From the NCBI GenBank assembly GCA_046759765.1, contig JBHICV010000007.1:1-36413 (forward strand): DNA of 36,413 nt, given 5' to 3'. A model generated the notes under the pieces. The model made no database searches and was not told where the DNA came from. It was given only the letters and a program-made list of their open reading frames with translations. A program made the position numbers and the translations under genes. Source of the DNA: Acidimicrobiia bacterium. GTDB lineage: Bacteria > Actinomycetota > Acidimicrobiia > Spongiisociales > CAZKJJ01. Positions within the stretch are counted from its first letter, which is position 1; every line of letters starts with the position of its first letter. Shown here piece after piece: positions 18,618 to 30,583 of the stretch.

Positions 18618-21600
18618 GCGTGCCATGCCTGCAAGCTTCGAACCGAGGAGACCGCGTCGCCGGCAGCCAGGCTCCTCACGAGTGCCAGGGCGCTGTCGAC
18701 AGTGGTGACGCACGGAACTCCATGGCGCCTTGCGCCCCGCCTAATGGCAGCTCCGTCGCCTCGCGCACGCCGACCGCGAGGCGTGTTGACAACGAGTTGG
18801 ATCCGACCCTCGGAGATCAACTGCACTGCATCGACGGGGCCTTCTCCCACCTTGTCGACTCGGCGACAGTCGACCCCGTGATGCCGGAGGTATCGAGCGG
18901 TACCTTCGGTCGCCATAAGTTCGAACCCGGCCATATGAAGTCCCTGGGCGATGGCCAACCCGCGGCCCTTGTCACGGTCGGCCAGGGATAGGAACGCCGT
19001 GCCCTTCTGCGGCATGGCCTGACCGGCCGCCAGAAGGGCTTTGGCGTAGGCGGCACCGAAGTCCTCGGAGATACCCATCACCTCGCCGGTGGCCCGCATT
19101 TCGGGACCAAGCACAACGTCCTCGGAGGGAAACCGATCCCAGGGAAGAACGGCCTCCTTAACGGCCACGAACCCGTGACCTGTCGGCTCCACGAGGAGCC
19201 CTTCCTCTCTTAGCTCCGCGAGATCGGCACCCATCATCACTCTGGCCGCCAATCCGGCGAGGGGCAGGCCGGTCGCCTTCGAGACGAAAGGGACGGTCCG
19301 GGACGAGCGAGGGTTGGCTTCGAGCAGGAACACCTCGTCGCCCTTCACCGCGAACTGCAGGTTGATCAGCCCTCGAACTGCCAATGCCTCTGCCAAAAGG
19401 CTGGTTACCGTCAGCATCTCCTTCTGAGCTTCCTCCGAGATCGTCGGCGGGGGAATGACGCAGGCGGAGTCTCCCGAATGAACACCGGCCTCTTGGACGT
19501 GTTCCAGGATTCCGCCGACAAGCAACTCATGGCCGTCATAGACCGCATCGACATCCGCTTCTGTAGCTGCCTCGAGGAAACGATCCAGGACGAGAGGAGA
19601 ATCCGGGGAGATCTCGAGGCCCTGAGACTCCAGCTCCCTTACATGGGAGGCGAGCTCGTCGATCGAATAAACGACCCGGACAGCTCGCCCTCCGAGAACG
19701 AACGAAGGCCGAACGAGAAGGGGAAACCCGAGCGAGTCCGCGATATCTTCCGCCTCGCCAAATGAAGCTGCGGTCCCGTGGGCAGGCTGCGAGATGCCCA
19801 ATTCCTTGCACAGCGTCGAGAATCGTCTCCGATCCTCCGCTCGATCAATGGAACCCGGAGGCGTACCGCCGATTGGCACCCCCCGCTCGGCCAGCTTGGC
19901 TGCGAGGTTCAAGGGCGTCTGGCCTCCTAGTTGAACCAGAACCGCCACCGGCTGCTCTCGCCCGATGACGTCCAAGGTGTCCTCGAGGGTGAGCGGCTCG
20001 AAGTACAGGCGGTCGGAGATGTCGTAATCAGTGGAGACCGTCTCCGGATTGCAATTGACCATCACAACTTCAAAGCCTGCTTCCCGTAGGAACTGGGCCG
20101 CCTGGACGCAGCAGTAGTCGAATTCGATGCCCTGGCCGATCCGGTTGGGTCCGGAGCCACATATAACGACCCGCGGTCGCGGCCCGTCCGGGAGCGGCTC
20201 GTCCGAGGTCTCGAAGGTGCCGTAGAAGTATGGCGTTATGGCTTCGAACTCCCCGGCACACGTATCCACCGGTTGATACGTCCTGACTACTCCGTAGCGT
20301 CGCCGCAGCTGCCTGATGTCGTCCTCCGAGGTCTTTAGAGCAACGGCGAGCTGTGCGTCGGAGAATCCCTGTCGCTTCGCCTGCCTCAGAAGGTCGGGGG
20401 ATGGCCTGGGCGATGCTTCGAACTCCTTCTGCAAGTCGGTGACGACTCGGATTTGGTCCACAAACCAAGGGTCGAGGCCACTCAAGTCCGCAATATGCTC
20501 GGGCGACCATCCCCGCCGAAGAGCTTCCGCGATGGCGAAGATCCGAGCGCCGGTCGCCGTCCGGACCGAGGAGGAAAGATCCTGGTCGTCGAGTCCTGGC
20601 CAGGAGTCTCCCCGCCCAACTCCCGAGAGCCCAAGACGCCCATCTTCCAGGCTGCGCAGCGCTTTCTGAAGGGCCTCAGGAAACGTACGCCCAATGGCCA
20701 TCGCCTCCCCGACGCTCTGCATAGCCGTTCCGAGAAGGCCGGAGGCGGACGGGAACTTACCGAAGTCGAATCGGGGCGCCTTTACAACCACGTAGTCGAG
20801 GGCGGGCTCGAAGGAAGCGGGAGTCACTCCCGTGATGTCATTAGAGATCTCATCCAGCCTGAACCCCACCGCGAGCAGCGCGGCGATCTTGGCAATGGGG
20901 AACCCGGTCGCCTTGGAGGCAAGGGCCGACGACCTCGATACGCGGGGGTTCATCTCGATGAGAAGCCGGCGGCCGCTCCCCGGATCGACCGCGAACTGCA
21001 CATTGGAGCCACCCGTATCGACGCCGATGGCTCGTAGGCAAGCCAAGGCGTCGTTACGCATGGCCTGGTACTCCTCATCCGAGAGAGTCTGAGCCGGAGC
21101 GACGGTAATTGAGTCACCTGTGTGGATACCCATGGGATCGAGGTTCTCGATCGAGCAGACGACCACCGCGTTGTCCGCTCGGTCGCGCATTACTTCGAGC
21201 TCGAATTCCTTCCAGCCGAGGACCGACTCCTCCACGACGATCTCCGACATAGGGGATGCCGCCAGTCCGCGGGAGGCGATGATGCTCAGCTCGTCGTGGT
21301 CGGACGCCAGGCCCGTGCCCCCTCCACCGAGGACAAAGGACGGTCGCACCATGGTGGGGAACCCCAGCTCGGCGGCCGCCTCATGTGCCTCATCGGCCGA
21401 AGAGGCTCGCCTGTTCTCTGGCACTCGAAGACCGGCGTTCGACATCACTTCGGCAAACTCTCGGCGGTTTTCCGCCTTTCGTATTGCCTCGAGACTCGCA
21501 CCGATCAGCTCGACGCCCTGTTGATCCAAGACACCTGAGGTCGCGAGCTCCACGGCCACGTTCAGCGCGGTCTGCCCGCCCAGGGTCGGAAGGAGCGCGT

Positions 21601-21850
21601 CCGGCCTTTCAATCTCACAGATCGCGGCGACCGTCTCCGGAGTAATCGGCTCGACGTAGGTGACATCGGCGGTCTCGGCGTCTGTCATGATCGTGGCGGG
21701 GTTCGAGTTGCAGAGAACAACCCTATATCCCGCCCGGCGCAGGCTTTTGGCCGCCTGGGTGCCTGAATAGTCGAACTCACAAGCCTGGCCGATGACGATC
21801 GGACCCGATCCGATCAGCAGGATCGTATGAATATCAGTCCTGGCCGGCAT
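18614..21850 (-). CDS. carB: Carbamoyl-phosphate synthase large subunit
   Basis: [51 protein letters not shown]-terminal MGS domain; 1078 aa. Confidence 0.99.
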   Translation of the reverse strand: MPARTDIHTILLIGSGPIVIGQACEFDYSGTQAAKSLRRAGYRVVLCNSNPATIMTDAETADVTYVEPITPETVAAICEIERPDALLPTLGGQTALNVAVELATSGVLDQQGVELIGASLEAIRKAENRREFAEVMSNAGLRVPENRRASSADEAHEAAAELGFPTMVRPSFVLGGGGTGLASDHDELSIIASRGLAASPMSEIVVEESVLGWKEFELEVMRDRADNAVVVCSIENLDPMGIHTGDSITVAPAQTLSDEEYQAMRNDALACLRAIGVDTGGSNVQFAVDPGSGRRLLIEMNPRVSRSSALASKATGFPIAKIAALLAVGFRLDEISNDITGVTPASFEPALDYVVVKAPRFDFGKFPSASGLLGTAMQSVGEAMAIGRTFPEALQKALRSLEDGRLGLSGVGRGDSWPGLDDQDLSSSVRTATGARIFAIAEALRRGWSPEHIADLSGLDPWFVDQIRVVTDLQKEFEASPRPSPDLLRQAKRQGFSDAQLAVALKTSEDDIRQLRRRYGVVRTYQPVDTCAGEFEAITPYFYGTFETSDEPLPDGPRPRVVICGSGPNRIGQGIEFDYCCVQAAQFLREAGFEVVMVNCNPETVSTDYDISDRLYFEPLTLEDTLDVIGREQPVAVLVQLGGQTPLNLAAKLAERGVPIGGTPPGSIDRAEDRRRFSTLCKELGISQPAHGTAASFGEAEDIADSLGFPLLVRPSFVLGGRAVRVVYSIDELASHVRELESQGLEISPDSPLVLDRFLEAATEADVDAVYDGHELLVGGILEHVQEAGVHSGDSACVIPPPTISEEAQKEMLTVTSLLAEALAVRGLINLQFAVKGDEVFLLEANPRSSRTVPFVSKATGLPLAGLAARVMMGADLAELREEGLLVEPTGHGFVAVKEAVLPWDRFPSEDVVLGPEMRATGEVMGISEDFGAAYAKALLAAGQAMPQKGTAFLSLADRDKGRGLAIAQGLHMAGFELMATEGTARYLRHHGVDCRRVDKVGEGPVDAVQLISEGRIQLVVNTPRGRRARGDGAAIRRGARRHGVPCVTTVDSALALVRSLAAGDAVSSVRSLQAWHA

Positions 21851-22994
21851 CTATCACCATTTCCGAGAACTCCCGGAACAGATACAAGGCGTCCTGTGGT
21901 CCCGGCGCCGCCTCGGGGTGATACTGGACGCCTAAGGCAGGCACGTCGCGGCAGGCCAGACCCTCCAGCGTTCCGTCGTTCAGGTTCTGATGCGTCGGCT
22001 CGACGACGCCAAATCTGGTGGTCACCTCGTCGGGGAGAAGGTCGCGGCCCGGCAATCCGCTGACGGTCGGCTGGGACTCTCCCAGGAGACTCCACAAATC
22101 GACCGCGAAGCCGTGGTTCTGGGAGGTGATCTCGGTCTGCCCGTCGGACAAGCGCCGCACCGGGTGATTGGCGCCATGGTGACCGAAGGGGAGCTTGAAC
22201 GTACGGGCGCCAAGCGCCAGTCCAAGCACCTGATGACCGAGGCAAATCCCGAAGATCGGGATCAAGCCCAGCATGGAACGCACCAGCTCGGTTGGGCCCG
22301 AGAGCGGCTCGGGGTCGCCGGGACCGTTGGAGAGCAGCAGCCCGTCGGGCCGGCTCCCGAAAACGTCTGTTGTGCTGGCGGTTGCCGGGAGGACCCTGAC
22401 GTCGAAGCCGCCGCGCGACAGTTGCCGCACGATCTCCCGCTTTACTCCGAGATCCAAGACGGTCACTCTCCCCCGTCTCGGACCCTCGGCTCTGACATCG
22501 TATGGCTCGTTACAGGTGACTTGTGAGGCGAGGTCCTGCCCGGCCATGCTCGGAGCTGACTGAGCCAACTCCAGGAGATCGGCCTCGGTTGCGTCGGTCC
22601 CGATGGCAGCAGGCATCGCACCGCGGTCGCGCACGTGAAGGGTCAGGTGGCGAGTATCGACCTCGGAAAGTGCCACCAGGCCTTCCGCAACGAGATAATC
22701 GCCAAGGTTTCCTTCAGCGCGCCAGCTCCAGGAGCGCGGCGACAAAGCACGCGTTACGAGTGCCGTCGCCCGTACGGGATCACCCTGCGTGTCCTGCGAT
22801 GCGACGCCGTAGTTGCCTATGTGAGGTGACGTCATCACGACGATCTGACCGGCATAGGACGGATCGGTGACAACCTCCTGGTAACCGGACATCGCGGTAC
22901 AAAAGACCACTTCGCCGGTTCGAGCTCCGTCGGCTCCAACCGACTGGCCGCGAAAGGCCTCACCTGCTGCAGTCACCAGCAGGCCTTCCTTCAC
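21834..22994 (-). CDS. carA: Carbamoyl-phosphate synthase small subunit
   Basis: [43 protein letters not shown]. Confidence 0.99.
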   Translation of the reverse strand: MKEGLLVTAAGEAFRGQSVGADGARTGEVVFCTAMSGYQEVVTDPSYAGQIVVMTSPHIGNYGVASQDTQGDPVRATALVTRALSPRSWSWRAEGNLGDYLVAEGLVALSEVDTRHLTLHVRDRGAMPAAIGTDATEADLLELAQSAPSMAGQDLASQVTCNEPYDVRAEGPRRGRVTVLDLGVKREIVRQLSRGGFDVRVLPATASTTDVFGSRPDGLLLSNGPGDPEPLSGPTELVRSMLGLIPIFGICLGHQVLGLALGARTFKLPFGHHGANHPVRRLSDGQTEITSQNHGFAVDLWSLLGESQPTVSGLPGRDLLPDEVTTRFGVVEPTHQNLNDGTLEGLACRDVPALGVQYHPEAAPGPQDALYLFREFSEMVIDAGQD

Positions 22995-24257
22995 CGGATC
23001 ACCTTGCCCTCTCTGAAGGTGGGCTTACCTCCGAACACTGTGAGCCGAACTACCCCGCTGAGCGTCATCCCGGAGAAGGGCGAGTTCTGCGATCGAGAGT
23101 GGAAACCGTCGACAGTGAAGGGCTCGTCGGGGGCGAAGACCACGAGGTGGGCCGGGTTTCCCACCTCGACCGGTAGGCCGTGGTTCTCCAGACCCGCGAT
23201 GGCGGCCGGAGCGCTCGAGAGCCGGTCAAAGAGTTCGTCAGGACCCAGCTCGCCGAAGGTGCGGGCTGCGGCCGCGGCGGTCTCCAGTCCTATTACGCCG
23301 CGGGGTGCCTCCTCGAAGGGGACCTCGGTCTCGTGGGCGGCGTGGGGAGCGTGATCCGTAGCAACCGCATCGATCGTCCCGCTCCTGAGAGCCGCCCGCA
23401 GTACCTGACGGTCTGACATTCCTCGCAGGGGTGGATACATCTTGAACCGCGGATCGACGTCCTCGATCGCAGAGTCGTCGAAGGCCAGATGATGAGGAGT
23501 GACCTCTGCGGTTACGGGCAGGCCTTCGGCCTTGGCAGACCGTATGAGGTCAACCGTGCCCTCGGAGCTCACGTGCTGCACGTGGTAGCGAGCTCCCGTT
23601 AGCCGAACCAGGGCCAGGTCTCTCGCCACCACCAGCTCCTCTGCCAGAGCAGGGATTCCTTCGATTCCGAGACGCGCCGAGCGCGCGCCTTCGTTCATGT
23701 GTCCCCCCGCGCTAAGTCCGAGATCCTCGGCATGCTGAGCGACTATTGCCCCCTCGGAAGCCAGGTAGTCCATTGCCCGCCGCAGCAGGCCGGAGTCGGC
23801 GACCGACCGGCCGTCGTCGCTGAAGATCGTGACTCCCGCGGCCAAGAGCTCGTCTAGATGAGCGAGTCGCTCTCCTTCCTGGTGCTCGGTGACCGCGCCC
23901 GCGGGTACGACATCGACCATTCCGACTGACCGGCCCCGATCTTGGATGTATCGAGCCAGATGCCCGCGATCAGTCACCGGATCGGTGTTTCCCATGGCCA
24001 CCACGCCGACATAGCCGCCGGCCGCGGCTGCTTCGGAGCCACTCTCGATGTCCTCTTTCCACTCACCTCCTGGCTCACGTAGGTGGGCGTGCAAGTCCAC
24101 GAAGCCCGGCCCTATCCACGACCCGCGGCAATCGACTATCTCCTCCCGGGTCCCGGCGATGGAGGAGGCGACCTCTGACATCCGTCCGTCCGAAACCCGG
24201 ACGTCGGCCGGAACCATTCCCTCGGGGGTCAGAACCGTGCCGCCTTGAAGCAGGAGG

Positions 24258-24265
<8 letters not shown>
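22991..24265 (-). CDS. pyrC: Dihydroorotase
   Basis: PGFVDLHAHLREPG, AEVTPHHL, KMYPPLR, ATDHAPH, NSPF. Confidence 0.97.
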
Positions 24266-25766
<1,501 letters not shown>

Positions 25767-25771
25767 CTCCG

Positions 25772-25780
25772 ACCATAGCA
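25772..25780 (-). promoter_or_regulatory. Extended -10 promoter for the pyr operon
   Basis: TGcTATGGT 5 nt upstream of the PyrR hairpin. Confidence 0.6.
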
Positions 25781-25783
25781 CCG

Positions 25784-26158
25784 TCAAGACGTGGCGCTGC
25801 GTTCCCTTCGGGCCAAGGACCCCAGCACTCCGTTGACGAATGCTCCGCTTCGCTCCGTTGAATAGGTCTTCGCCAGCCTGACCGCCTCTGACACGACCAC
25901 GGCGGTCGGTACCTCGGGGCTGTTGCGCAGCTCGTACAAGCCCATACGGAGGATCGCTCGATCGACCGCCGGCATCCTGTGCAAGCGCCACGTATCGGAC
26001 GCATCCTCCAGGGTCTCGTCTAGGTCTGCTTGCTGGGCCGCGACACCGCCGGCCAACCGCTTGGCTTTGGGCGAGAGACCTCTCAGCTCGGGAGCTCGCT
26101 CGAGGAGGTCGGCTTGATATAGGCGTTCGAGCGCCTGATCCCGCGGCTCCCGGCTCAC
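25784..26158 (-). CDS. nusB: Transcription antitermination factor NusB
   Basis: WRLHRMPAVDRAILRMGLYEL, VVVSEAVRLAK.YS..SGAFVNGVLG; follows efp. Confidence 0.96.
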   Translation of the reverse strand: MSREPRDQALERLYQADLLERAPELRGLSPKAKRLAGGVAAQQADLDETLEDASDTWRLHRMPAVDRAILRMGLYELRNSPEVPTAVVVSEAVRLAKTYSTERSGAFVNGVLGSLARRERSATS

Positions 26159-26712
26159 ACGCGCGTCTGGTATTCGCCGTTCCGGGTATCAACCCGGATC
26201 GTGTCGCCTTCTTCCACGAAAAGGGGCACCTGCACAACCAGGCCCGTCTCGACCGTGACGGGTTTGGTTGCGCCCGAGACGCGGTCGCCCTTTACGGCCG
26301 GCTCGGCCTTGGTGACCTTCAGCTCAACAGACGCGGAAACCTCGACGCCGATCGGCCGATTCTCAAAGAGTGGAAGTACGACGGTGGCACCGTCCGCCAA
26401 GTACTGAGCGGCCTCACCAACGTCGGATACATCGACGGTGAGCTGGCCATAGGTGTCGAGATCCATGAAGTGGAAACCAACGTCATCGCGGTAGAGGTAC
26501 TGGTGCTCTTTGCGCTCGATGTACGCCAGCGACACATCCTCATCGGCCCTGAACGTACGGTCGAGAACCGCACCGCTGTCCAAGCGCTTGAGCTTCATTC
26601 GGACGAAGGCCTTTCCCTTTCCCGGTTTCACGTGCTGGTGCGTGATTATCTGGAAGAGTCCATCCTCCAGATCCAGGGCCATGCCTGGGCGAACGTCGTT
26701 GGTCGAAACCAT
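26155..26712 (-). CDS. efp: Elongation factor P
   Basis: HVKPGKG.AFVR, YLYRD, KGDRVSGATKP, ETGLVVQVPLFV. Confidence 0.98.
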   Translation of the reverse strand: MVSTNDVRPGMALDLEDGLFQIITHQHVKPGKGKAFVRMKLKRLDSGAVLDRTFRADEDVSLAYIERKEHQYLYRDDVGFHFMDLDTYGQLTVDVSDVGEAAQYLADGATVVLPLFENRPIGVEVSASVELKVTKAEPAVKGDRVSGATKPVTVETGLVVQVPLFVEEGDTIRVDTRNGEYQTRV

Positions 26713-26758
26713 GAATCACCTTTGCGCATAGAAACGTAGAGGGTTGAGCGCTGTCCGG

Positions 26759-27250
26759 CTACTTGAGGATCGTCTCGCCGACGCACAACTCGAACGCGTT
26801 GTCCCCGAATAGGAACACACCGCAGTCGACGTCGAGGCTCACGACCATGAAGTTCCCGGCGAAAGTGTCGCCCTCGGAGACGTCGTAAGTGATTCCGTTG
26901 ACCTGGATGGTTGCTCGTTGGACTCCGTCAACGTCTCGAATCTCGAGCAGTGTCACAGTGATGCCAGCGGGGGTGAAGCCGCCGCCTCCGCCGATCGGTG
27001 AGTCCTCTGTGATGAGCGGACGGAAAGGATCGCGGGGCTGCGAGACCTGAAACGACTGCGTGATGCGCATTCCTTCGATCAGAGCCGCCGCGGTCGGCGA
27101 GGCTTCTTCCGTCCCTGGCAGGGGTCCGGAGAGAATCGTGTCGCCGGATCCGAAGATCTGAGGAGCGATTGCCAGCCATGTGAGTGCGATGGCGACTCCG
27201 ACCAGGACAATGCCGGTAGCCGCCGCGGTGCCGTTGTTGTGTCTGGTCAC
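26759..27250 (-). CDS. Membrane-anchored pilus assembly protein (PilP-like position)
   Basis: N-terminal TM helix, RDPFRPL motif, short beta-rich C-terminal domain with two Cys; overlaps the pilO stop. Confidence 0.65.
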   Translation of the reverse strand: MTRHNNGTAAATGIVLVGVAIALTWLAIAPQIFGSGDTILSGPLPGTEEASPTAAALIEGMRITQSFQVSQPRDPFRPLITEDSPIGGGGGFTPAGITVTLLEIRDVDGVQRATIQVNGITYDVSEGDTFAGNFMVVSLDVDCGVFLFGDNAFELCVGETILK

Positions 27251-27867
27251 TCTTCACCTCCGGGCTCAGTCGTCGTCGTGGCTGCTCCTTCCTCCGGCTG
27301 TTCTCCCTCGCTGGGCTCGGGAAGGATGAGTGGAGACGTGGTGTACGCCTCGGCGACGATGTTGACGCGGAGGATTGTGAACCCGTCGTCGTTCTCCGAG
27401 GTCGAGATCGTGACGTTCTTTATGACGACAATCCGGTCCAGATCCTCGAGTCCGTACACGAATCCGAGCACTTCGAAGTACTGGCCTTCGATCACCATGC
27501 TCATGGGTATGACGCTGTAGTCCTCACCTTCGATGTCCTGGGGAAAGGAGAGGGTGACTCCTTCTAGAACCACTCCGGATTCTGTCTCGAGGACCGTCAG
27601 CGCATCGAGCAGCGCGGCTTCCTGGGGAGTCGGCGGCACGGCCGTCTCGACCGTGCCCAGGGCCTCCACATACAAAAGCTGGTTCTCTTGGATCCGCTGG
27701 AGCCGCTTGAGCTGGCTCTCGAGTCGGAGCTCCTCGTTCTGGGCTTCGGAGAGCTCATCCTGGGCGGAAGCGATGTCGTCGTTGACCGAAGAGAGAAACA
27801 CGACATACCAAAGGCCTGTGACCAGGATCACGGCGAGAGCTCCGATGAGAATGGCGGTGCGGTTCAT
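27247..27867 (-). CDS. pilO: Type IV pilus assembly protein PilO
   Basis: TM helix, coiled coil, then GQYFEVLGFVYGLEDLDRIVVIKNV; follows pilN. Confidence 0.85.
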   Translation of the reverse strand: MNRTAILIGALAVILVTGLWYVVFLSSVNDDIASAQDELSEAQNEELRLESQLKRLQRIQENQLLYVEALGTVETAVPPTPQEAALLDALTVLETESGVVLEGVTLSFPQDIEGEDYSVIPMSMVIEGQYFEVLGFVYGLEDLDRIVVIKNVTISTSENDDGFTILRVNIVAEAYTTSPLILPEPSEGEQPEEGAATTTTEPGGEE

Positions 27868-28487
27868 TCCGGCACCTTGGGTATCCGAGTCTCGGATCGC
27901 TGAGATAGCGCTTCTTCCGTGAGGCCTGCGCTCGAGCTGAAATCGACCACGGGGACGCCGTCAAACAACTCCGATCGGCTTGATCCCTCCAACCATCCTG
28001 CCCCTACCGCAGGCCAGCGATTCGAGTTGAGGGTTCTGACCCAAGTGGCCGCATCCGGATAATCAAAGGCCGTACCTCCCATCTGGAGCCCTCCGTATAC
28101 GTTCGGTGCCTCCTCGGTGCGCTCGGCCGCGCCTGCGAAGGTGCTCAGCCAAGTGCGATCAGGCATGACACGTCCGAGGTCGTTCAGCAGCCTTCCCCAG
28201 GCCACGTCGACCGCCAGGATGGTCTCGATTCGGTCGACGCCGTCCTCGAAGCGGCCCCGCAAGTCTTGGGATTCGGAAAGCTGGGCGATCCTCACATTCA
28301 GGCTGTCATTGATCGCCAGCTGTGCCTCGGCGTCCTCCTGCGCCGCCTCCGCTTTCGATTGCCACCAAAACGTGACCAGAACGAGCAGAGCGATGTAGGC
28401 GACGCCTAGCAGTATGTAGCCGAACCGCAGGCGTCTTTGCCGGGATCGGGCGGCTTCTTCGGGTGGGAGAAGGTTTATCTCGCGCAT
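27864..28487 (-). CDS. pilN: Type IV pilus assembly protein PilN
   Basis: INLLP motif at the N-terminus (ATG at 28487, TGATG overlap with pilM), TM helix, coiled coil, W..LL.DL...MP..TWL. Confidence 0.9.
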   Translation of the reverse strand: MREINLLPPEEAARSRQRRLRFGYILLGVAYIALLVLVTFWWQSKAEAAQEDAEAQLAINDSLNVRIAQLSESQDLRGRFEDGVDRIETILAVDVAWGRLLNDLGRVMPDRTWLSTFAGAAERTEEAPNVYGGLQMGGTAFDYPDAATWVRTLNSNRWPAVGAGWLEGSSRSELFDGVPVVDFSSSAGLTEEALSQRSETRIPKVPE

Positions 28488-29557
28488 CAAACCTCTCCCC
28501 AAAGACCAAGTCCCACCGGCACCGGCGCCGTGGGCTGCATCTGCGCCAGTTCAGCTTCGGAGAGGCCCACCTTTCCCATCTTCACCACGCCGTCGAAGAT
28601 CTTGACCGGTTCCACTTCGGCACCGAGGGCACGGCCCATGCGATTGGCTAGATGCGGGAGGCGCGCGCCGTTGCCCGAGATGAGAAGGCGACTGACCGTT
28701 GCGTCGGTGGCCTCCGCCATGAAATAGTCGATCGATCCGCGAATCTCGTCGATGAGTGTGTCCGCGTGTTGCGTCAGCAGCCTGCGCGCAAGGTCATCGC
28801 CTTCCGATCCCGAAGGTAGGCCTTCGATGGCGACGCCTATGCCCCGCTTGTACGTTTCAGCTTGCTCCCCGGAGAGGTCCATCCCTGCTGCGAGAGCGTT
28901 GGTGAAGTCCTGACCGCCTATCGCCAGGATGCGCAGGAACTGCACGGCGCCGTTCTGAACCAGAAGCACCTGCGTGACACCTCCCCCGATATTCACGACA
29001 GCTCGGGGCTCGGTCTCCAGCGTCAGATCGGCTCCGTAGATAGCTCTCACTAGGGCAAGGGCCTGAAGATCCACGGCAAGGACCTTCAGGCCCGCCCCTG
29101 CCACCACTTCCAACGTGTGGGTGGCCATCTCCCGCTGTGCGGCTACGACAAGGACCGACATCATCGGTTCTCCGTTGGGCGTCGTGAATTCCTCCAGCGG
29201 GATGAAGTCCAAGATGGCGTCCGCCACCGGGATAGGCAGGTACTCCTGCGTCTGGAACGGCAGCGCCTCCTCGAGCTCTTCTTCGGGCATGTAAGGCAGA
29301 TCGACGCGCCGGACGATCACCCGGGGGTTTGCCAACCCAACGACTACCCTTTTGCGAGGCAGGCGGGCACTCCGAAACAGCTGCACGAGGGCGTCGGCCA
29401 CGACTTGATCGTCTGTGATTTCACCAGCAACCACCGCGCCCTCCGGCACGGGTATTTGCGCCAGCTTGCGAAGAACTGGTGCGTCTTTCTTGCCGACTTC
29501 GATTGCGGCGGCCCGGACGGCGCTGGTACCGATGTCCAGCCCAACGTTGATGGCCAT
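28487..29557 (-). CDS. pilM: Type IV pilus assembly protein PilM
   Basis: Actin-like fold motifs VGLDIGTSAVR, VNIGGGVT, ISGNGARL, VPVGLGL; start reassigned to ATG at 29557 with an upstream GGAG. Confidence 0.93.
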   Translation of the reverse strand: MAINVGLDIGTSAVRAAAIEVGKKDAPVLRKLAQIPVPEGAVVAGEITDDQVVADALVQLFRSARLPRKRVVVGLANPRVIVRRVDLPYMPEEELEEALPFQTQEYLPIPVADAILDFIPLEEFTTPNGEPMMSVLVVAAQREMATHTLEVVAGAGLKVLAVDLQALALVRAIYGADLTLETEPRAVVNIGGGVTQVLLVQNGAVQFLRILAIGGQDFTNALAAGMDLSGEQAETYKRGIGVAIEGLPSGSEGDDLARRLLTQHADTLIDEIRGSIDYFMAEATDATVSRLLISGNGARLPHLANRMGRALGAEVEPVKIFDGVVKMGKVGLSEAELAQMQPTAPVPVGLGLWGEV

Positions 29558-29661
29558 CGTCACTCCGCTCCAGTGGCCTCTGAAGACCACTCCCTTGTTT
29601 CACATAAGAATTACACCAATGTGATTAGCGGCAGGGTAACGGCCGGCCCCCGCCGACACAA

Positions 29662-30432
29662 TCACCGCCCGAGGTACGCATCCAGGATGCTCTGACCCCA
29701 AATCAGCGCGACCCATGCACCTGCGATGAGCGACGGACCGAACGGGATCTGATCCTTGCGACCCTTTTGTCTCGTTGCGAGAAGCGCCACCGCGATGACT
29801 CCTCCGATCAGAACCGCCAGAAAGGCCCCAACCACGAGTGTGCGCCAGGACTCGAACGCGAGGTATAGGCCCAGTAGGAAGGAGAGCTTGACATCTCCCA
29901 TGCCGAAACCGCCCCGCGTGAGCATCGAGATGACAAACCAGCCCGCAAAGTAAGCAAAGGCGCCCAGCAGAGCTCGCCACAGGTCCTCGATCCTGCCCTC
30001 CGTCAGCGCGCCGAGCGCCAGGAGGGCAATGGCTACCGGGACAGACGGGTACAGGATCCGGTTGGGGATCCGCTTGTGCTCGAGATCGGTGATGGTGAGT
30101 GTGATCGTGACTGCCACGAAGAAAAGTGCGGCCGGGAGCAGCCACGTGATGCCCACCACGAAGACGGTTCCCGCGAAGGCGAGACCCGTGGCGAACTCGA
30201 CGAGAGGGTATCGGATCGAGATCCAGCCGCCGCAGTTCCGGCATCGTCCTCTCAAGACGAACCAAGAGAGAATCGGAATGTTGTCCCGGGCCTGAATGGG
30301 CTTCCCACAGTGTGGACAAGCCGAAGGTGGGCTCACGATCGACTGATCCCGCGGGACCCGGTAGGCCACGACGTTGAGGAAGGACCCGACGGCGAGACCG
30401 ACGAAGAAAAGAATGATGGCGACGAGGGTCAT
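29662..30432 (-). CDS. pilD: Prepilin peptidase / N-methyltransferase (A24)
   Basis: GSFLNVVAYRVP, CPHC and CRNC, DLEHKRIPN, GMGDVKL, IPFGP. Confidence 0.96.
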   Translation of the reverse strand: MTLVAIILFFVGLAVGSFLNVVAYRVPRDQSIVSPPSACPHCGKPIQARDNIPILSWFVLRGRCRNCGGWISIRYPLVEFATGLAFAGTVFVVGITWLLPAALFFVAVTITLTITDLEHKRIPNRILYPSVPVAIALLALGALTEGRIEDLWRALLGAFAYFAGWFVISMLTRGGFGMGDVKLSFLLGLYLAFESWRTLVVGAFLAVLIGGVIAVALLATRQKGRKDQIPFGPSLIAGAWVALIWGQSILDAYLGR

Positions 30433-30438
30433 ACCTAC

Positions 30439-30538
30439 TCAGCTATCAGCAGTCAGCATTCAGTAGTCAGTAGTTTCCAGTCTCCAGTTCAGGGTTCCAA
30501 GGACTGACGGCTGAAAGCTGAAGGCTGATAACTGAAAA
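30439..30538. repeat. Heptamer-periodic inverted repeat (5 x TCAGNNN ... 5 x CTGANNN)
   Basis: tcagcta tcagcag tcagcat tcagtag tcagtag (30439-30473), spacer with tttccag tctccag, then ctgacgg ctgaaag ctgaagg ctgataa ctgaaaa (30504-30538). Confidence 0.9.
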
Positions 30539-30564
30539 GCGGGCCCCGTGGGGCCCGCTTTTCA
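30533..30564. terminator. Bidirectional-type intrinsic terminator after pilA
   Basis: Perfect inverted repeat TGAAAAGCGGGCCCC-GT-GGGGCCCGCTTTTCA, about 20 nt after the reconstructed pilA stop. Confidence 0.9.
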
Positions 30565-30583
30565 TCTTCGTTCCTACGGTCTG

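Noticed and set aside
30439..30538. Possible CRISPR array
   Set aside because: Units are 7 nt, degenerate and inverted, with no unique spacers and no cas genes.
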